A stretch of 64,000 nucleotides of DNA from Kiritimatiellia bacterium (lineage in GTDB: Bacteria; Verrucomicrobiota; Kiritimatiellia; RFP12; UBA1067). Under the pieces are notes generated by a model. That model worked only from the letters and a program-made list of their open reading frames with translations. It made no database searches and had not been told where the DNA came from. Positions 38,852-48,781 of this stretch are shown one piece after another. The DNA is taken from contig JBMNFY010000007.1 in the NCBI GenBank assembly GCA_050949565.1, forward strand, positions 64,001 to 128,000, given 5' to 3'. Position 1 is the first letter of the stretch, and the number at the start of each line of letters is the position of its first letter. The translations under genes were made by a program, and so were the position numbers.

Positions 38852-40210
38852 TTAGAGTGTCCAAGGTTTTCGCAACGTGCGGCTCAGCATCGCACTGGCC
38901 GCATCGTTTCCGACGATCTTTTCCGCAACGGGATCCCATTTGAGGTTCGCGTGTCCCAGACGCAGACCGATGACTGCCAGCGCACCGATGGTGTTTGAGC
39001 GGTGCCCGACTTCGCAAGGGGCGACGGTAGGCTTGCCGCTGTAGATGCAATCGATGAAATTCCGTTCGTGAGAGCGGCTGGCATAGACGCGGATCTCGTC
39101 CTCCTTGATCTTTTCACGGATCAACTCGGCGGGATTCGTCGAGATGCTGCCGCGCGTGACGAAAAGCGATCGATCATTTTCACCGTAGAAACGGATGCCA
39201 ACTTTAAATTCGTTGTTCACCGTAACGCGCGCGCCCTCGGGGTACACGAAATCGTAGGAGAACCCCTTGGCCACGTTGAAGACGTCACCGGCTGGCGGCA
39301 TCTCCACCGCCTTGATGTTCTCGATCGAAGTCGGTCCGGAATGATCTTTGTCAAAGGCCCACTGCACGATGTCGGAGTGATGCGCGCCCCAGTCGGTCAA
39401 CACACCGCCCGCGAAATCGTAGTTGCTGCGCCACGAGAGCGGCTGCAGCGCGGAGCAGTAGGGGCGCATCGGGGAAGGCCCCGTCCAAAGCTCGTAATCC
39501 AGCCCGTCCGGAACCGCGCACGGTTCGAAGCTGGCCAGCGCGCCGGTGCGTCCGTAAAACTTATGCCACGCCTTGGGCAATCCGATTTCAACCTTGTGGA
39601 TTTTTCCCAGCCGGTTGTTGCGGATGAACTCGACAGCCATCTTGAAGTAGGTGTCGGAGCGTTGTTGCGAGCCGGTCTGAAACGTCACGCCGCTCTCCTT
39701 GGCGACGTTGGCCATGGCACGGCCTTCGGCGACCGAGAGCGAAAGCGGCTTTTGGCAGTACACGTGCAGGCCTTTGCGCATAGCGGTGATCGCCATGACC
39801 GCATGCCAGTGGTCGGGCGTGCAGATCATCACGGCGTCGAGTCCGGGGATTTCCAGCAACTCACGGAAGTCGACAAAAGACGCGCATCCGTTATACGATG
39901 ACTGGCCTGTCTTTTTTGCGTAATGCGCATTGATCGCGCGTGTGCCGTGATCGCGCCCGCCCGGCTCTCCGGAGTTATATCCATAGAGCGAGGACTCGCG
40001 GTTGCAGTCGCAGACCGCTACGGCCTGCACGCGGTCATCCTGCAGGAAGTTACTCGTGTTGTAGCGGCCCTGCGTGCCGTAGCCAATGATGCCGAGCGTG
40101 ATACGGTCAGACGGCGCGGGACGGCCCGCGCGGCCAAGCGCCGAAGCCGGTATCAGCGCGGGGAAGCCGAGAGCGGCCGCGGTTGCTTTGATGAATGAGC
40201 GACGTTTCAT
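38852..40210 (-). CDS. Tat-exported Gfo/Idh/MocA oxidoreductase
   Basis: KRRSFIK; TPDHWH, CQKP, GSQQRS, DWGAHH. Confidence 0.9.
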   Translation of the reverse strand: MKRRSFIKATAAALGFPALIPASALGRAGRPAPSDRITLGIIGYGTQGRYNTSNFLQDDRVQAVAVCDCNRESSLYGYNSGEPGGRDHGTRAINAHYAKKTGQSSYNGCASFVDFRELLEIPGLDAVMICTPDHWHAVMAITAMRKGLHVYCQKPLSLSVAEGRAMANVAKESGVTFQTGSQQRSDTYFKMAVEFIRNNRLGKIHKVEIGLPKAWHKFYGRTGALASFEPCAVPDGLDYELWTGPSPMRPYCSALQPLSWRSNYDFAGGVLTDWGAHHSDIVQWAFDKDHSGPTSIENIKAVEMPPAGDVFNVAKGFSYDFVYPEGARVTVNNEFKVGIRFYGENDRSLFVTRGSISTNPAELIREKIKEDEIRVYASRSHERNFIDCIYSGKPTVAPCEVGHRSNTIGALAVIGLRLGHANLKWDPVAEKIVGNDAASAMLSRTLRKPWTL

Positions 40211-40211
40211 A

Positions 40212-41030
40212 TTAAGCTCTCCCTAGTTTTTTCATGTACGCGAGACAGTCGCGCACGTCATCCAGCGTGTCGGGTCGGACTTCGGCCTCGACCACATACC
40301 ACTCAGTGACATCGGCCTCGCACGCAGCGAAAACCTTCTCCCAATCCGCGCCATCGGTGCCGATTACGCCGGTGGTTTTGGAGGCGGCCTTGACATGCAC
40401 GGCGGGGTTGCGGTTCGGGTATTTCTTCAACCAGAAGGCGGGCGATTCTCCGGCCAACAGGCAGTGTCCGAGATCAAGTTGTTGCAAGACGTCCGGCGAG
40501 GCGTTCTGATAGAGGATATCCCACTTGCACACGCCGTCAAAGCGGTCGCGGAACTCATGCTGGTGATTGTGGTAGCCCAAACCGATCCCAGCCGCCTTGA
40601 AAGCCTGCGCGGCAACGGACATCTGCTCCGCGAAGCGCTTCCAGCCATCCGCTGTCTTGGCGTCGAACCAAGGAACAAACAGATAGGGGGCGCCCAACTC
40701 GCTGGCAAATGTCACCGATTCCGCGATGTTCTCGGGCTTGATGATCCGGTCGGCCTGCATCTGCATACCGGCTGCCGCGAGACCGTGGTCTTTAAAAAGC
40801 GTGTTCAGTTCCTTGGCGGTGCGACCAAAAAAGCCGCCGCACTGCACCCCCTCGTAGCCCATCGCTTTGAGCGCACGCAGCGTACCGGGAAAATCCCGCT
40901 CGCAAAGCTTACGTACCGAATAGAGTTGAACCCCCGCTTTTACACGCCGCGTCGGCGCGGCACCGAGCCCAGACAGCGCCAAACCCGCCGTAGCGGCGAA
41001 GCCTGTCCTTAGAAAAGAGCGTCTGTTCAT
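40212..41030 (-). CDS. Tat-exported sugar phosphate isomerase/epimerase (TIM barrel)
   Basis: NRRSFL; VQLYSVR, GYHNHQHEF, QLDLGH. Confidence 0.88.
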   Translation of the reverse strand: MNRRSFLRTGFAATAGLALSGLGAAPTRRVKAGVQLYSVRKLCERDFPGTLRALKAMGYEGVQCGGFFGRTAKELNTLFKDHGLAAAGMQMQADRIIKPENIAESVTFASELGAPYLFVPWFDAKTADGWKRFAEQMSVAAQAFKAAGIGLGYHNHQHEFRDRFDGVCKWDILYQNASPDVLQQLDLGHCLLAGESPAFWLKKYPNRNPAVHVKAASKTTGVIGTDGADWEKVFAACEADVTEWYVVEAEVRPDTLDDVRDCLAYMKKLGRA

Positions 41031-41134
41031 GAAAGCATTCCCCTTGGTTACTCGCTGTATCATAGCAAATTATGAGAGTCATATACCACCAAATGCGAAA
41101 AAATAATAATGCATTTTGCGCAATGAGGGAGGAG

Positions 41135-41400
41135 CGGAAGGCGGCTCGCGAGGACGCTCGCCCTCCAGTCTATGATCAGGCTTGCGGAACGCCGAGAGTA
41201 AGCGTCTACTGCAAAATTTGGAGACAAGAACTGCGCTGTGCGCGGGTCGCGGCACCGCTTTTGCGTACCATCCTGCCGTCGCACTCCTACTCAAAAAGCG
41301 GCGTCGCACGGAATACCGCTTGCCGCCGCACTCCAAATTTTTTCGCCAGACTTGCGGGTTCCGAAGGAAACAAACGTTCAACGCTCAGCTTTCAACTTTG
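41135..41400. repeat. Mosaic repeat (GGAAGGCGGCTCGC..CGCCCTCCA hairpin, inverted TTGGAG..CTCCAAA element, heptamer array)
   Basis: Homologous to 26279-26504. Confidence 0.8.
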
Positions 41401-42178
41401 ACTGCAAAGCGCGGCCGACGTCCGGCACTGCCTCTAGCAGTGTGCGCGTGTAGGCGTGGCGGGGCACGTCGAGCACATCGGCGGCAATGCCGGTTTCGAC
41501 GAACACGCCGTCATGCATCACAGCCACGCGGTCGCAGATGTTGCGGACGACGGCGAGGTCGTGCGAGATGAGGATGATGGAGAGGCCGAGGCGCTGCTGC
41601 AAGGAACGTACGAGATTGAGGATGCGGGCTTGGACCGAGACGTCGAGCGCGCTGACCGGTTCGTCCGCGATGATCAGGCGCGGTTCGAGCGCCAGGCAAC
41701 GCGCGAAGCTGACACGCTGACACTGGCCGCCGCTGATTTCACGCGGGAAGGCGTCCAGCACTGTCGTGGGCAGTCCCACCAGGTCCAGCAGTTCGTCGAC
41801 GCGTTGCGGAATCGCCGCCGCCGGGCGCATGCGGTGGACGCGTAGCACTTCGTGCAGCGTCTGTCGAACCGTCATACGCGGATTGAGCGAGCCCGTGGCA
41901 TCTTGGAAGACCATCTGCACGGCGCGCCGGTAGTCGCGGAAGCCCTGACGCGAGAGCCGGTCGACCGCCCGGCCTTCAAACGTGAGTGTTCCGGCGCTGG
42001 CCGGTTGCAAGCCGATCAGCGCGCGGGCGAGCGACGATTTACCACAACCGCTTTCGCCGACGATGCCGAGTGACGCGCCAGCCGCGAGGCTGAATGAAAC
42101 GCCGCGCACGGCGCGGACCGGCGGCTGGCCGGGCGTGCGATAGGTGACGTGCAGGTCTTGGACGGTCAGGAGTGACAT
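41378..42178 (-). CDS. Oligopeptide ABC transporter ATP-binding subunit (OppF-like)
   Basis: GESGCGKS, QMVFQD, ISGGQCQR, ADEPVSALD. Confidence 0.9.
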   Translation of the reverse strand: MSLLTVQDLHVTYRTPGQPPVRAVRGVSFSLAAGASLGIVGESGCGKSSLARALIGLQPASAGTLTFEGRAVDRLSRQGFRDYRRAVQMVFQDATGSLNPRMTVRQTLHEVLRVHRMRPAAAIPQRVDELLDLVGLPTTVLDAFPREISGGQCQRVSFARCLALEPRLIIADEPVSALDVSVQARILNLVRSLQQRLGLSIILISHDLAVVRNICDRVAVMHDGVFVETGIAADVLDVPRHAYTRTLLEAVPDVGRALQSKLKAER

Positions 42179-43137
42179 GGCTGTGTATGCCAGCAGCGCG
42201 AACGGTGGCTGTCGGCGTCGTCGGTTTCAGGGGGTTGTTCGGCGTGGCAACGCGCGTCGGCCTGTGCGCAGCGCGGCGCAAAGGCACAACCGGCGGGCCA
42301 GGCGTCCGGCGAGGGCACGGTGCCGGGAATATCCTGCAGCGGAGCGTTGCGCGGTGCGTCAAGCATCGGCACCGCGGCGAGCAGGCCGCGCGTGTAGGGG
42401 TGGCGCGGGTTCGACAGCACGTCGGTCACGGCACCGGACTCTACCACCTGCCCCGCATACATCACATACACGCGCGTCATGCGCCCGGCGACCAATCCGA
42501 GGTTGTGGGTGATCAGCAACACCGCCATGCCGTCGGCGTCAGCCAGTGTGTCAATCAGGTCGAGCACCTGCTGTTGGGTTGTGACGTCAAGAGCGGTGGT
42601 CGGTTCGTCTGCAACCAACAGCTTGGGACGCGCGGCTAACGCCATGGCGAGCATGACGCGCTGCTGCTGGCCGCCGCTGAGTTCGCACGGGAAAGCGCGG
42701 GCCGCGCGGGCGGGATCTGGGAGTCCAGTCCGCGTGAGCAGTTCAACGCAGGCGTCGCGGTGCGCGGCGCGCGGCAAGTCAGGCAGGCATTCCGCGATTT
42801 GATCTTGTACGCGCATCACCGGGTTGAGGCTTGCAGAGGGGTCTTGAAAGACATACGCGATACCGCGACCGCGTACGCGGGTCAGGGCGTCGGGACTGAG
42901 CGCCAGAGTGTCCGTGCCGTCAAACAGCACACGTCCCTGCAGGCGGGCGCGATCCGTGGGCGAGAGCCGCGTGAGCGACAGGGCGGTGAGACTTTTGCCG
43001 CAACCGCTTTCACCGACTACAGCGACGCGCTCGCCGGCCTGGACGGTCAGCGAGACATCACGCACAGGCGTGGTCAGCATTCCGTCACGTCGGAACGTGA
43101 CGGAGAGGTGATCAACTTGGAGTAGGGGATGGGGCAT
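42166..43137 (-). CDS. Oligopeptide ABC transporter ATP-binding subunit (OppD-like)
   Basis: GESGCGKS, LSGGQQQR, ADEPTTALD, HPYTRGL, C-terminal Cys motif. Confidence 0.92.
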   Translation of the reverse strand: MPHPLLQVDHLSVTFRRDGMLTTPVRDVSLTVQAGERVAVVGESGCGKSLTALSLTRLSPTDRARLQGRVLFDGTDTLALSPDALTRVRGRGIAYVFQDPSASLNPVMRVQDQIAECLPDLPRAAHRDACVELLTRTGLPDPARAARAFPCELSGGQQQRVMLAMALAARPKLLVADEPTTALDVTTQQQVLDLIDTLADADGMAVLLITHNLGLVAGRMTRVYVMYAGQVVESGAVTDVLSNPRHPYTRGLLAAVPMLDAPRNAPLQDIPGTVPSPDAWPAGCAFAPRCAQADARCHAEQPPETDDADSHRSRCWHTQPCHS

Positions 43138-43164
43138 GATTAGGCAACTCTCAACTTTCAACTC

Positions 43165-43401
43165 TTAACTCTCAACTTTCAACTCTTTTTCGTCCCCGTC
43201 ATCTTTTGTTCGCCGCCGATTTCTGGTTGTTTTGAGCCTCAAAAAATAATCGATTAACCCCAGAAGAACGATACACGTCCACAACACGACATGCCACTTC
43301 AAACGGCTGGAAGCTTGGGAGTACATGCGATAGTACGAGCTAACCGTGTTGAACAGCGCTATGGCCACAGCAATGATCCAAATGATTGTTCGCATTTTCA
43401 T
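43165..43401 (-). CDS. Small 2-TM hypothetical protein
   Basis: Two hydrophobic segments; lower GC; ends in heptamer array. Confidence 0.55.
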   Translation of the reverse strand: MKMRTIIWIIAVAIALFNTVSSYYRMYSQASSRLKWHVVLWTCIVLLGLIDYFLRLKTTRNRRRTKDDGDEKELKVES

Positions 43402-43416
43402 GGGAAACTCGTAGAT

Positions 43417-43548
43417 TCAATTTTCACCGACTACAGCGACACGCTCGCCGGCCTGGACGGTCAGCGAGACATCACGCACGGGCGTGGTCAGCATTCCGTC
43501 ACGCTGGAACGTGACGGAGAGGCGATCAACTTGGAGCGTGAGTGCCAT
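43417..43548 (-). pseudogene. Truncated duplicate of the oppD 5' end (43 aa)
   Basis: 43422-43536 matches 43008-43122 at 110/115 nt; reads MALTLQVD..VAVVGEN then stop. Confidence 0.85.
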
Positions 43549-43938
43549 GATTTACCTGCCTTTCGCCGACGCGGTATACTCCCAGATTTCGAACATGGCG
43601 ACATGGTATCTTTTGCGTTACATAAATCAACAACTTTTTTATTCCGCGTGGTAATCGGTTGGTGACAGGGGGGTGATGCTTGGTTTTTTTATCACACGAA
43701 GGCACAAAGGGCACGAAGGTTTTTTGGGGGCATGGCCCGGGTTTGTTTAACCACGGAATACACTGAACACACGGAAAGGCACAGCTCTGCTGTTTCACGC
43801 GAAGACGCGAAGATTGGAGGGCGAGTGGTCCCCACGAGCCGCCTTCCACTGTGCGGAAGGATGGTTTCAGGGTTTATTGCGGAGCGCCGGGAGGGGCAAG
43901 CGTCTGCTTGCCCGCGGACGAGCAGACGCTCGTCCCTC

Positions 43939-44634
43939 GTGCGCCCAGCATGGGCATGTACTAGTCAACTGAAAGGAGTTGATCGCAAAAGCAGTGACAG
44001 CAAGCGTAGCGAAACGGCAAGGCCGCGACCGCAAGGGAGTGAGCTGAAGGAAGCCGATAGCAAAGACACGGCCGCAGGAACACGAACGGGCAGTGAGGCA
44101 TGGTCCGGGCGATGAGTGTGCGAGGAAACACGAAATCCGACAGTCACCGAAAGACGCACTGTGTAGAGCCCGGCGGCACGGGTCGAAAGTACATGCACCT
44201 TACCTGGGGAGGCCCCGTGCGTGAGAGCGGACGGGGAGTCAGCAGAGGCCGTAGTAGTGAAGAGGCCCGCCGAAAGGCGGGAGGAGCGAAGGGCCGAAGG
44301 ACAACGAAAGTGCGGTCAGCCGACCGCCTTGGAAGCATGGCGAGGAGGGATGTGAAACAAAGGGGCGCGACAACTACGGTAGCCACCTCTGCGGCGCGGC
44401 GGGTCGGAGCCGGTGGATTCCGGTTCTGTCCAGTCGCACGCGGCCTGAGTCAGGCTTTCAGCGGCATGGAGGTGATGGATGATGCACAATGAAGCGAACA
44501 TGGCGTTGCCACGCCGTGGGACTTCGCGGGGGCGCGTCAGCGACCCCCGCCGTGTCCAACCGCCGTATGCGGAAAACCGCACGTACGGTGGTGTGGGAGG
44601 GGCACGGGGCGCAATCCCCGTGCCCCCACCCGAT
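43939..44634 (+). ncRNA. ORF-less group IIC intron (696 nt)
   Basis: 5' GTGCGCCCAGCATGGGC; domain V AACCGCCGTATGCGGAAAACCGCACGTACGGTGGTG with CGC triad; domain VI ending CCCGAT; lies directly after a hairpin. Confidence 0.9.
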
Positions 44635-45289
44635 CCTGGCGGCGGTCACGCCGCCACCCCGTAAAAAAATCTCTGCGCCTCTGTGTCTGCGTTAAAAAAC
44701 TTTCAACGCTCAACTCTCATTTCGGCACTCACAAGTCAGGCGAAAGATTTGGAGTGCGGCGGCAAGCGGTATTCCGCGCGACGCCGCTTTTTGAGCAGTG
44801 TTTTTCCGCGCGTGGCGCGGAGGGAAAGCGGTGCCGCGACCCGCGCACAGCGCGGCTCTTGTCACCGCACTCCAAATTTTCCGCCGCGCCATGCGCGGCA
44901 CAACCTTTTGCGCCCGCGCAGCGGAAAATCATGTCAATCCTGTCAATCGTGTCAAAAAAAACATCCTGCTTTTCACCAGAAACGCATAATCCTCGCGCCC
45001 CCCTGTCACTAACCGCGCGATTACCGCGCACTGTAATCGGTTGGTGACAGGGGGGGGCATGCGAGTCGAGCGCGTGTTTTGTGCGCATGCAAAGGTGGCG
45101 TGGGCGTCCCGCCCGCTCTGTGAAAGGCCACTCGTGATTCCGGCGCGCGGTTTGGTTTCGAAATGAAATACGCGCATCACCCTTTTGCAAGGCACGTTGT
45201 CGCGGGCGAGGACGCCCACGCTACCTTCTCACGGCCCCCCTTTTCACCAGAAACGCACGATCTTCGCACCCCCCTGTCACTAACCGATT

Positions 45290-46699
45290 CGCGGTCCGTC
45301 AAATAGAAAAGACACCGTAGGTTTTTTTGAGGCGGTGACGATCCGTCAAATACTGGACACCGAGGGGGTCAAGGGACGAGGGGCTGGTCAACGGCGTGAA
45401 GGGCGCGGAACCCGGGGTGGTCATCCCTTGCGCTTCGCGTTTGGCGAGCTTGTTCTGCTTGCGCAGGATCAGCGCGTATCGGCGGCGGATGTCCTCAAGG
45501 AGGCGGATCGGATTGGTCTTTTCGCGGAGCGCGGTAAGACGCCGGATCACGGCGGGGTCCGCGTATCCCGACGCAATCACCCTGTCGAGGGGCGTGGCGG
45601 GCTTGTCGTAACGCTTGGAGAAGCCGTGCGAGTCCGGCCTTTTGGTTTTGGAGATGAGCCGCTTGCAGGGGCGGAAGAGGTTGTTGTACAGCGATATCTT
45701 CGCGCACAGGACGTCCATGTCCTTCTTGAGCTCGAGGCGGTCGATGCGCTCGTAGCCGAAATACTCGCGGACGACGGAGGCGTTCTTCTGCTCCACGCGG
45801 GCGTTGTCGTTCTTGTTCCCGGGGCGGGAACGGGTGAAGGCGAGGGGGCGGGGGCGGTCCCGCGCGTAGCCGAGCACGTGGGCGTTGAGGAACTCCAGCC
45901 CGCTGTCCGAGTGCATGGCCGTGAGCGGGAACGGGAACGCGGCCTCGGCGTCGGCGAGGCCTTCCTTGGTCGCGGCCGCGCCGCGGTTCCAGACGCAGCG
46001 CAGCTCCGTCCACTGCGTCAGGCGGTCCGTGAGCGTGAGGATCCAGAAGAAGTTGCCGCTCATGTCGCCCCCGCAGAGCGCGACCGTGTCGACCTGCGTG
46101 TCGCCGGGGGCGGCGGGCGGCAGCGCCTCGCCCGGGACGCAGGGGACGCTCGACGCCAGCGCGTTCGCCCCGCTGCGGCGGTTGCGGCGGCGCGGGGCCT
46201 CGCGCGGGTGCTTGCGGAGGATGCGCTCCATCGTCGACGCGCTCATGCGCAGAACCTGCGCCGCGGCCGCCTCGTCGACATGCTCGAGCTCGCGCAGCGC
46301 GGCCATCTGGCGGTCCGCCACGGTCACAAGGTACCGGGGCGTCATGCGTCCCGAGGCGCGCCAGAGACGCAGGAACAGGGCTTCCGCCCCGGGCGTGTAC
46401 GTCTTCCCGCGCCCGGCGTGATCGCGGTACTTCCGGTTGCCGGTCAGCAGCCGGATGGCGTATTTGCGCTCGGCCCCCGTGACCTGGCAGAAGTCGTCGA
46501 TCGCGGCACTCTTGGCCTTCTTGCTCTTCAGTTTTGAATAGGCGCGACGCTTCGCGCCGACGTATCCCATCGTGGCTTTCCGTGACATCTCGTTTCTCAT
46601 GCGAGCCGATTCTAGCACGGTGTCCAGTATTTGACGGATGCGCTTGATTTCCGGACACCGCGATTTTGGCTACGGTGTCCATGACTATGACATACCGCG
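45290..46699 (-). mobile_element. IS element with rve-type transposase
   Basis: Imperfect terminal IR CGCGGT..GTCA; perfect 22-bp subterminal IR ATCCGTCAAATACTGGACACCG (45341-45362 / 46618-46639); flanking GATT direct repeat. Confidence 0.75.
45299..46600 (-). CDS. Integrase-core (rve) DDE transposase, ISNCY-like
   Basis: QVDTVALCG, HSDSGLEF, NDNARVEQKN; very high GC3. Confidence 0.88.
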   Translation of the reverse strand: MRNEMSRKATMGYVGAKRRAYSKLKSKKAKSAAIDDFCQVTGAERKYAIRLLTGNRKYRDHAGRGKTYTPGAEALFLRLWRASGRMTPRYLVTVADRQMAALRELEHVDEAAAAQVLRMSASTMERILRKHPREAPRRRNRRSGANALASSVPCVPGEALPPAAPGDTQVDTVALCGGDMSGNFFWILTLTDRLTQWTELRCVWNRGAAATKEGLADAEAAFPFPLTAMHSDSGLEFLNAHVLGYARDRPRPLAFTRSRPGNKNDNARVEQKNASVVREYFGYERIDRLELKKDMDVLCAKISLYNNLFRPCKRLISKTKRPDSHGFSKRYDKPATPLDRVIASGYADPAVIRRLTALREKTNPIRLLEDIRRRYALILRKQNKLAKREAQGMTTPGSAPFTPLTSPSSLDPLGVQYLTDRHRLKKTYGVFSI

Positions 46700-46722
46700 G
46701 ATTACCCGCGCACTTACGTTGC

Positions 46723-48171
46723 AAGGACTTTCCCCAAAAAATCGGGGGCAATTATATCTAAGTCCTTGAAAACAAAGGGGATGCGTCTCTGACGGGCGTG
46801 CCTGAAAGTGAAAAAGTGGTTTTCCTCCGCCGGTTCTGCCAAAATGGCGGTTCAACCAAAAACCAAAAACCGGAAAGGAAAACCGACATGAATCATAGCG
46901 CAACGGCGTTCAAAGCGCGAGAGCAACTCAAGAATTTTTTGGGGGAACTTTCCCCCCGGTTTTCCAAGCCGCTCGGCAAGTTCGTGGGCGACATGGTCTA
47001 CGGGATACAGGCGTCGCAGGACGTGAAGCTCAGCCGGATCGCCCGCGCGCTCGACGAGCCGATATCGATGAAGAAACTGGAGGACAGGCTGAGCCGGATG
47101 CTCGGGAGCGAGGGCATCGAGCAGGGGATTTCCGACGCTGTCGCCCGTCTGGGCTCGCGTCACGTCCATCAGGACACGCTGATCGTCATCGACCCGACCG
47201 ACATCCGTAAGCTGTACGCGAAGAAGATGGAATATCTCGCCCGCGTCCGGGACGGGAGCACGGGGGAGATCGGCAACGGATACAGCGCCTGCCTGGCGGT
47301 CGCCTGCGAGAGCGGCGGCCGCCGGATCACGCCGTTGCACATGCGGCTGTGGTCGAGCGAGGCGGAGGGCTTCATCAGCCAGAACGACGAGGTGCTCGGC
47401 GTCATCGACCAGATCAGCTCCCGCGCGAAGAAGCGCGGCATCTACGTCATCGACCGCGGAGGCGACGGAGACTGGCTGTTCGACGGCCTGGACCGGCGCA
47501 AACTGGACTACATCGTGCGCCTCGTGGGCAACCGCAACCTGCTCCACGGCCGGCGGACCGCGCTGGCCGAAGAACTGGCGGCATCCTGCCCCATGAAGCA
47601 CATCGAGATCGTCACGAGGGAGACGGGGGACGGGGTGAAAAGCTATAAGCTGGAGTTCGGCGCCATGACCGTCGCCCTGCCGCAGAGGCCCGACAAGCCC
47701 CTGCGCATGGTCGTGGTGAAGGGGTTCGGCGAGCGGCCGATGCTCCTGCTGACCACGCTGGCCGGGACGACGTCGCGCAAGTCCCTGTGGCAGGTCGTCG
47801 AGGGCTATCTGACGCGGTGGCGCGTCGAGGACGCGATCCGCTTCGTCAAGCAGAGCTACAACCTCGAGGACATCCGGGTCCTGACGTACCGGCGCCTGAA
47901 AAACATGGTCGCTCTGCTGCTGGCCGTCATCTACTTCAACTGCGTCTGGCTGGCCGGACGGCTGCGCTGCGAGATCCTGACGACCAACATCACCCACGCC
48001 GCCAAGCGCATCTACGGCGTGGCCGAGTTCCTCCACTACGCCGTCGCCGACGGCCTCGGGAGGCTCTTCACGCGCCACGGGAAATGGTACGGCTACAAGC
48101 CGCCAGACCCCGAATCAAACCCGCTCGGACTGGTCTTTCTGGAATGACCAGATTTTTTGGGGAAACTCCTT
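46723..48171 (+). mobile_element. IS4-like insertion sequence (1449 bp)
   Basis: 21-bp IRs AAGGA(C/G)TTTCCCCAAAAAATC with 1 mismatch; 9-bp TSD TTACGTTGC (46714-46722, 48172-48180). Confidence 0.92.
46888..48147 (+). CDS. DDE transposase, IS4-like
   Basis: IVIDPTD, VIDRGGD, Y..RWRVEDAIRFVK (YREK-type signature). Confidence 0.9.
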   Translation: MNHSATAFKAREQLKNFLGELSPRFSKPLGKFVGDMVYGIQASQDVKLSRIARALDEPISMKKLEDRLSRMLGSEGIEQGISDAVARLGSRHVHQDTLIVIDPTDIRKLYAKKMEYLARVRDGSTGEIGNGYSACLAVACESGGRRITPLHMRLWSSEAEGFISQNDEVLGVIDQISSRAKKRGIYVIDRGGDGDWLFDGLDRRKLDYIVRLVGNRNLLHGRRTALAEELAASCPMKHIEIVTRETGDGVKSYKLEFGAMTVALPQRPDKPLRMVVVKGFGERPMLLLTTLAGTTSRKSLWQVVEGYLTRWRVEDAIRFVKQSYNLEDIRVLTYRRLKNMVALLLAVIYFNCVWLAGRLRCEILTTNITHAAKRIYGVAEFLHYAVADGLGRLFTRHGKWYGYKPPDPESNPLGLVFLE

Positions 48172-48220
48172 TTACGTTGCGCATGGACGATTAGAAACGA
48201 ATCGGGTACAATGTGTTGAG

Positions 48221-48781
48221 GTGCTGGGTTCTCTCACACAACTAGCTCAATGCGATCCGGCCAAGTACAATCCTCGCCTACAGGCCCTCCTTAAACCACA
48301 GTTGAAGCAGACCAACAAGAGTGTTAAGGATATCCTGCTAGCTGTCTGGTCGGCGGATCTGCGCGATCTGGCACCCGCCTTAGAAAACATCGCCACTTCC
48401 TCACCTGACGACTACGAGGACGAAAGAGCCCGCAGTTGCGGAGGCGAAGTGCGTGCTATTGAAGGGCGTTTTCATTTGGCCAGGCAGATTCTGTCCCTGT
48501 GGAACGAAGAAGATGCGATGACTCGGTGCAGATTGTTGTTGGCTTTCGGATTCAATCATGCGTACGAGTTTGTTGAAGAACCGGTACCTGAACGGCTGGC
48601 CCGCATGAAGATCGAACTTGCCAAGACAGCACAGGCGCTGACTTGTGATGAGCGGAAGGAAGCGACCGACTTCCTTCAGTGGTATCAAGATGAACACATC
48701 AACAAAGAGAATGAACCGGTGTATCGTGATCGTCTCGTCAAGTTCGCCGCATTGGCCCAAGCCGTGCTGAATCTCCAGTAA
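48221..48781 (+). CDS. Hypothetical helical protein, possibly a 5'-truncated fragment
   Basis: 186-aa ORF, lower GC, GTG start with weak RBS; stop codon lies within the inverted repeat motif. Confidence 0.5.
   Translation: MLGSLTQLAQCDPAKYNPRLQALLKPQLKQTNKSVKDILLAVWSADLRDLAPALENIATSSPDDYEDERARSCGGEVRAIEGRFHLARQILSLWNEEDAMTRCRLLLAFGFNHAYEFVEEPVPERLARMKIELAKTAQALTCDERKEATDFLQWYQDEHINKENEPVYRDRLVKFAALAQAVLNLQ

Noticed and set aside
43008-43536. Diversity-generating retroelement TR/VR pair
   Set aside because: Mismatches are not adenine-specific, the repeat is at a gene 5' end, and no reverse transcriptase is present
44100-44695. ORFs inside the intron as real genes or RT
   Set aside because: No RT motifs such as YADD; they overlap structured intron domains
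45495-48194. Alternative long ORFs overlapping the two transposases
   Set aside because: Arg/Gly/Pro-rich off-frame translations of very GC-rich genes
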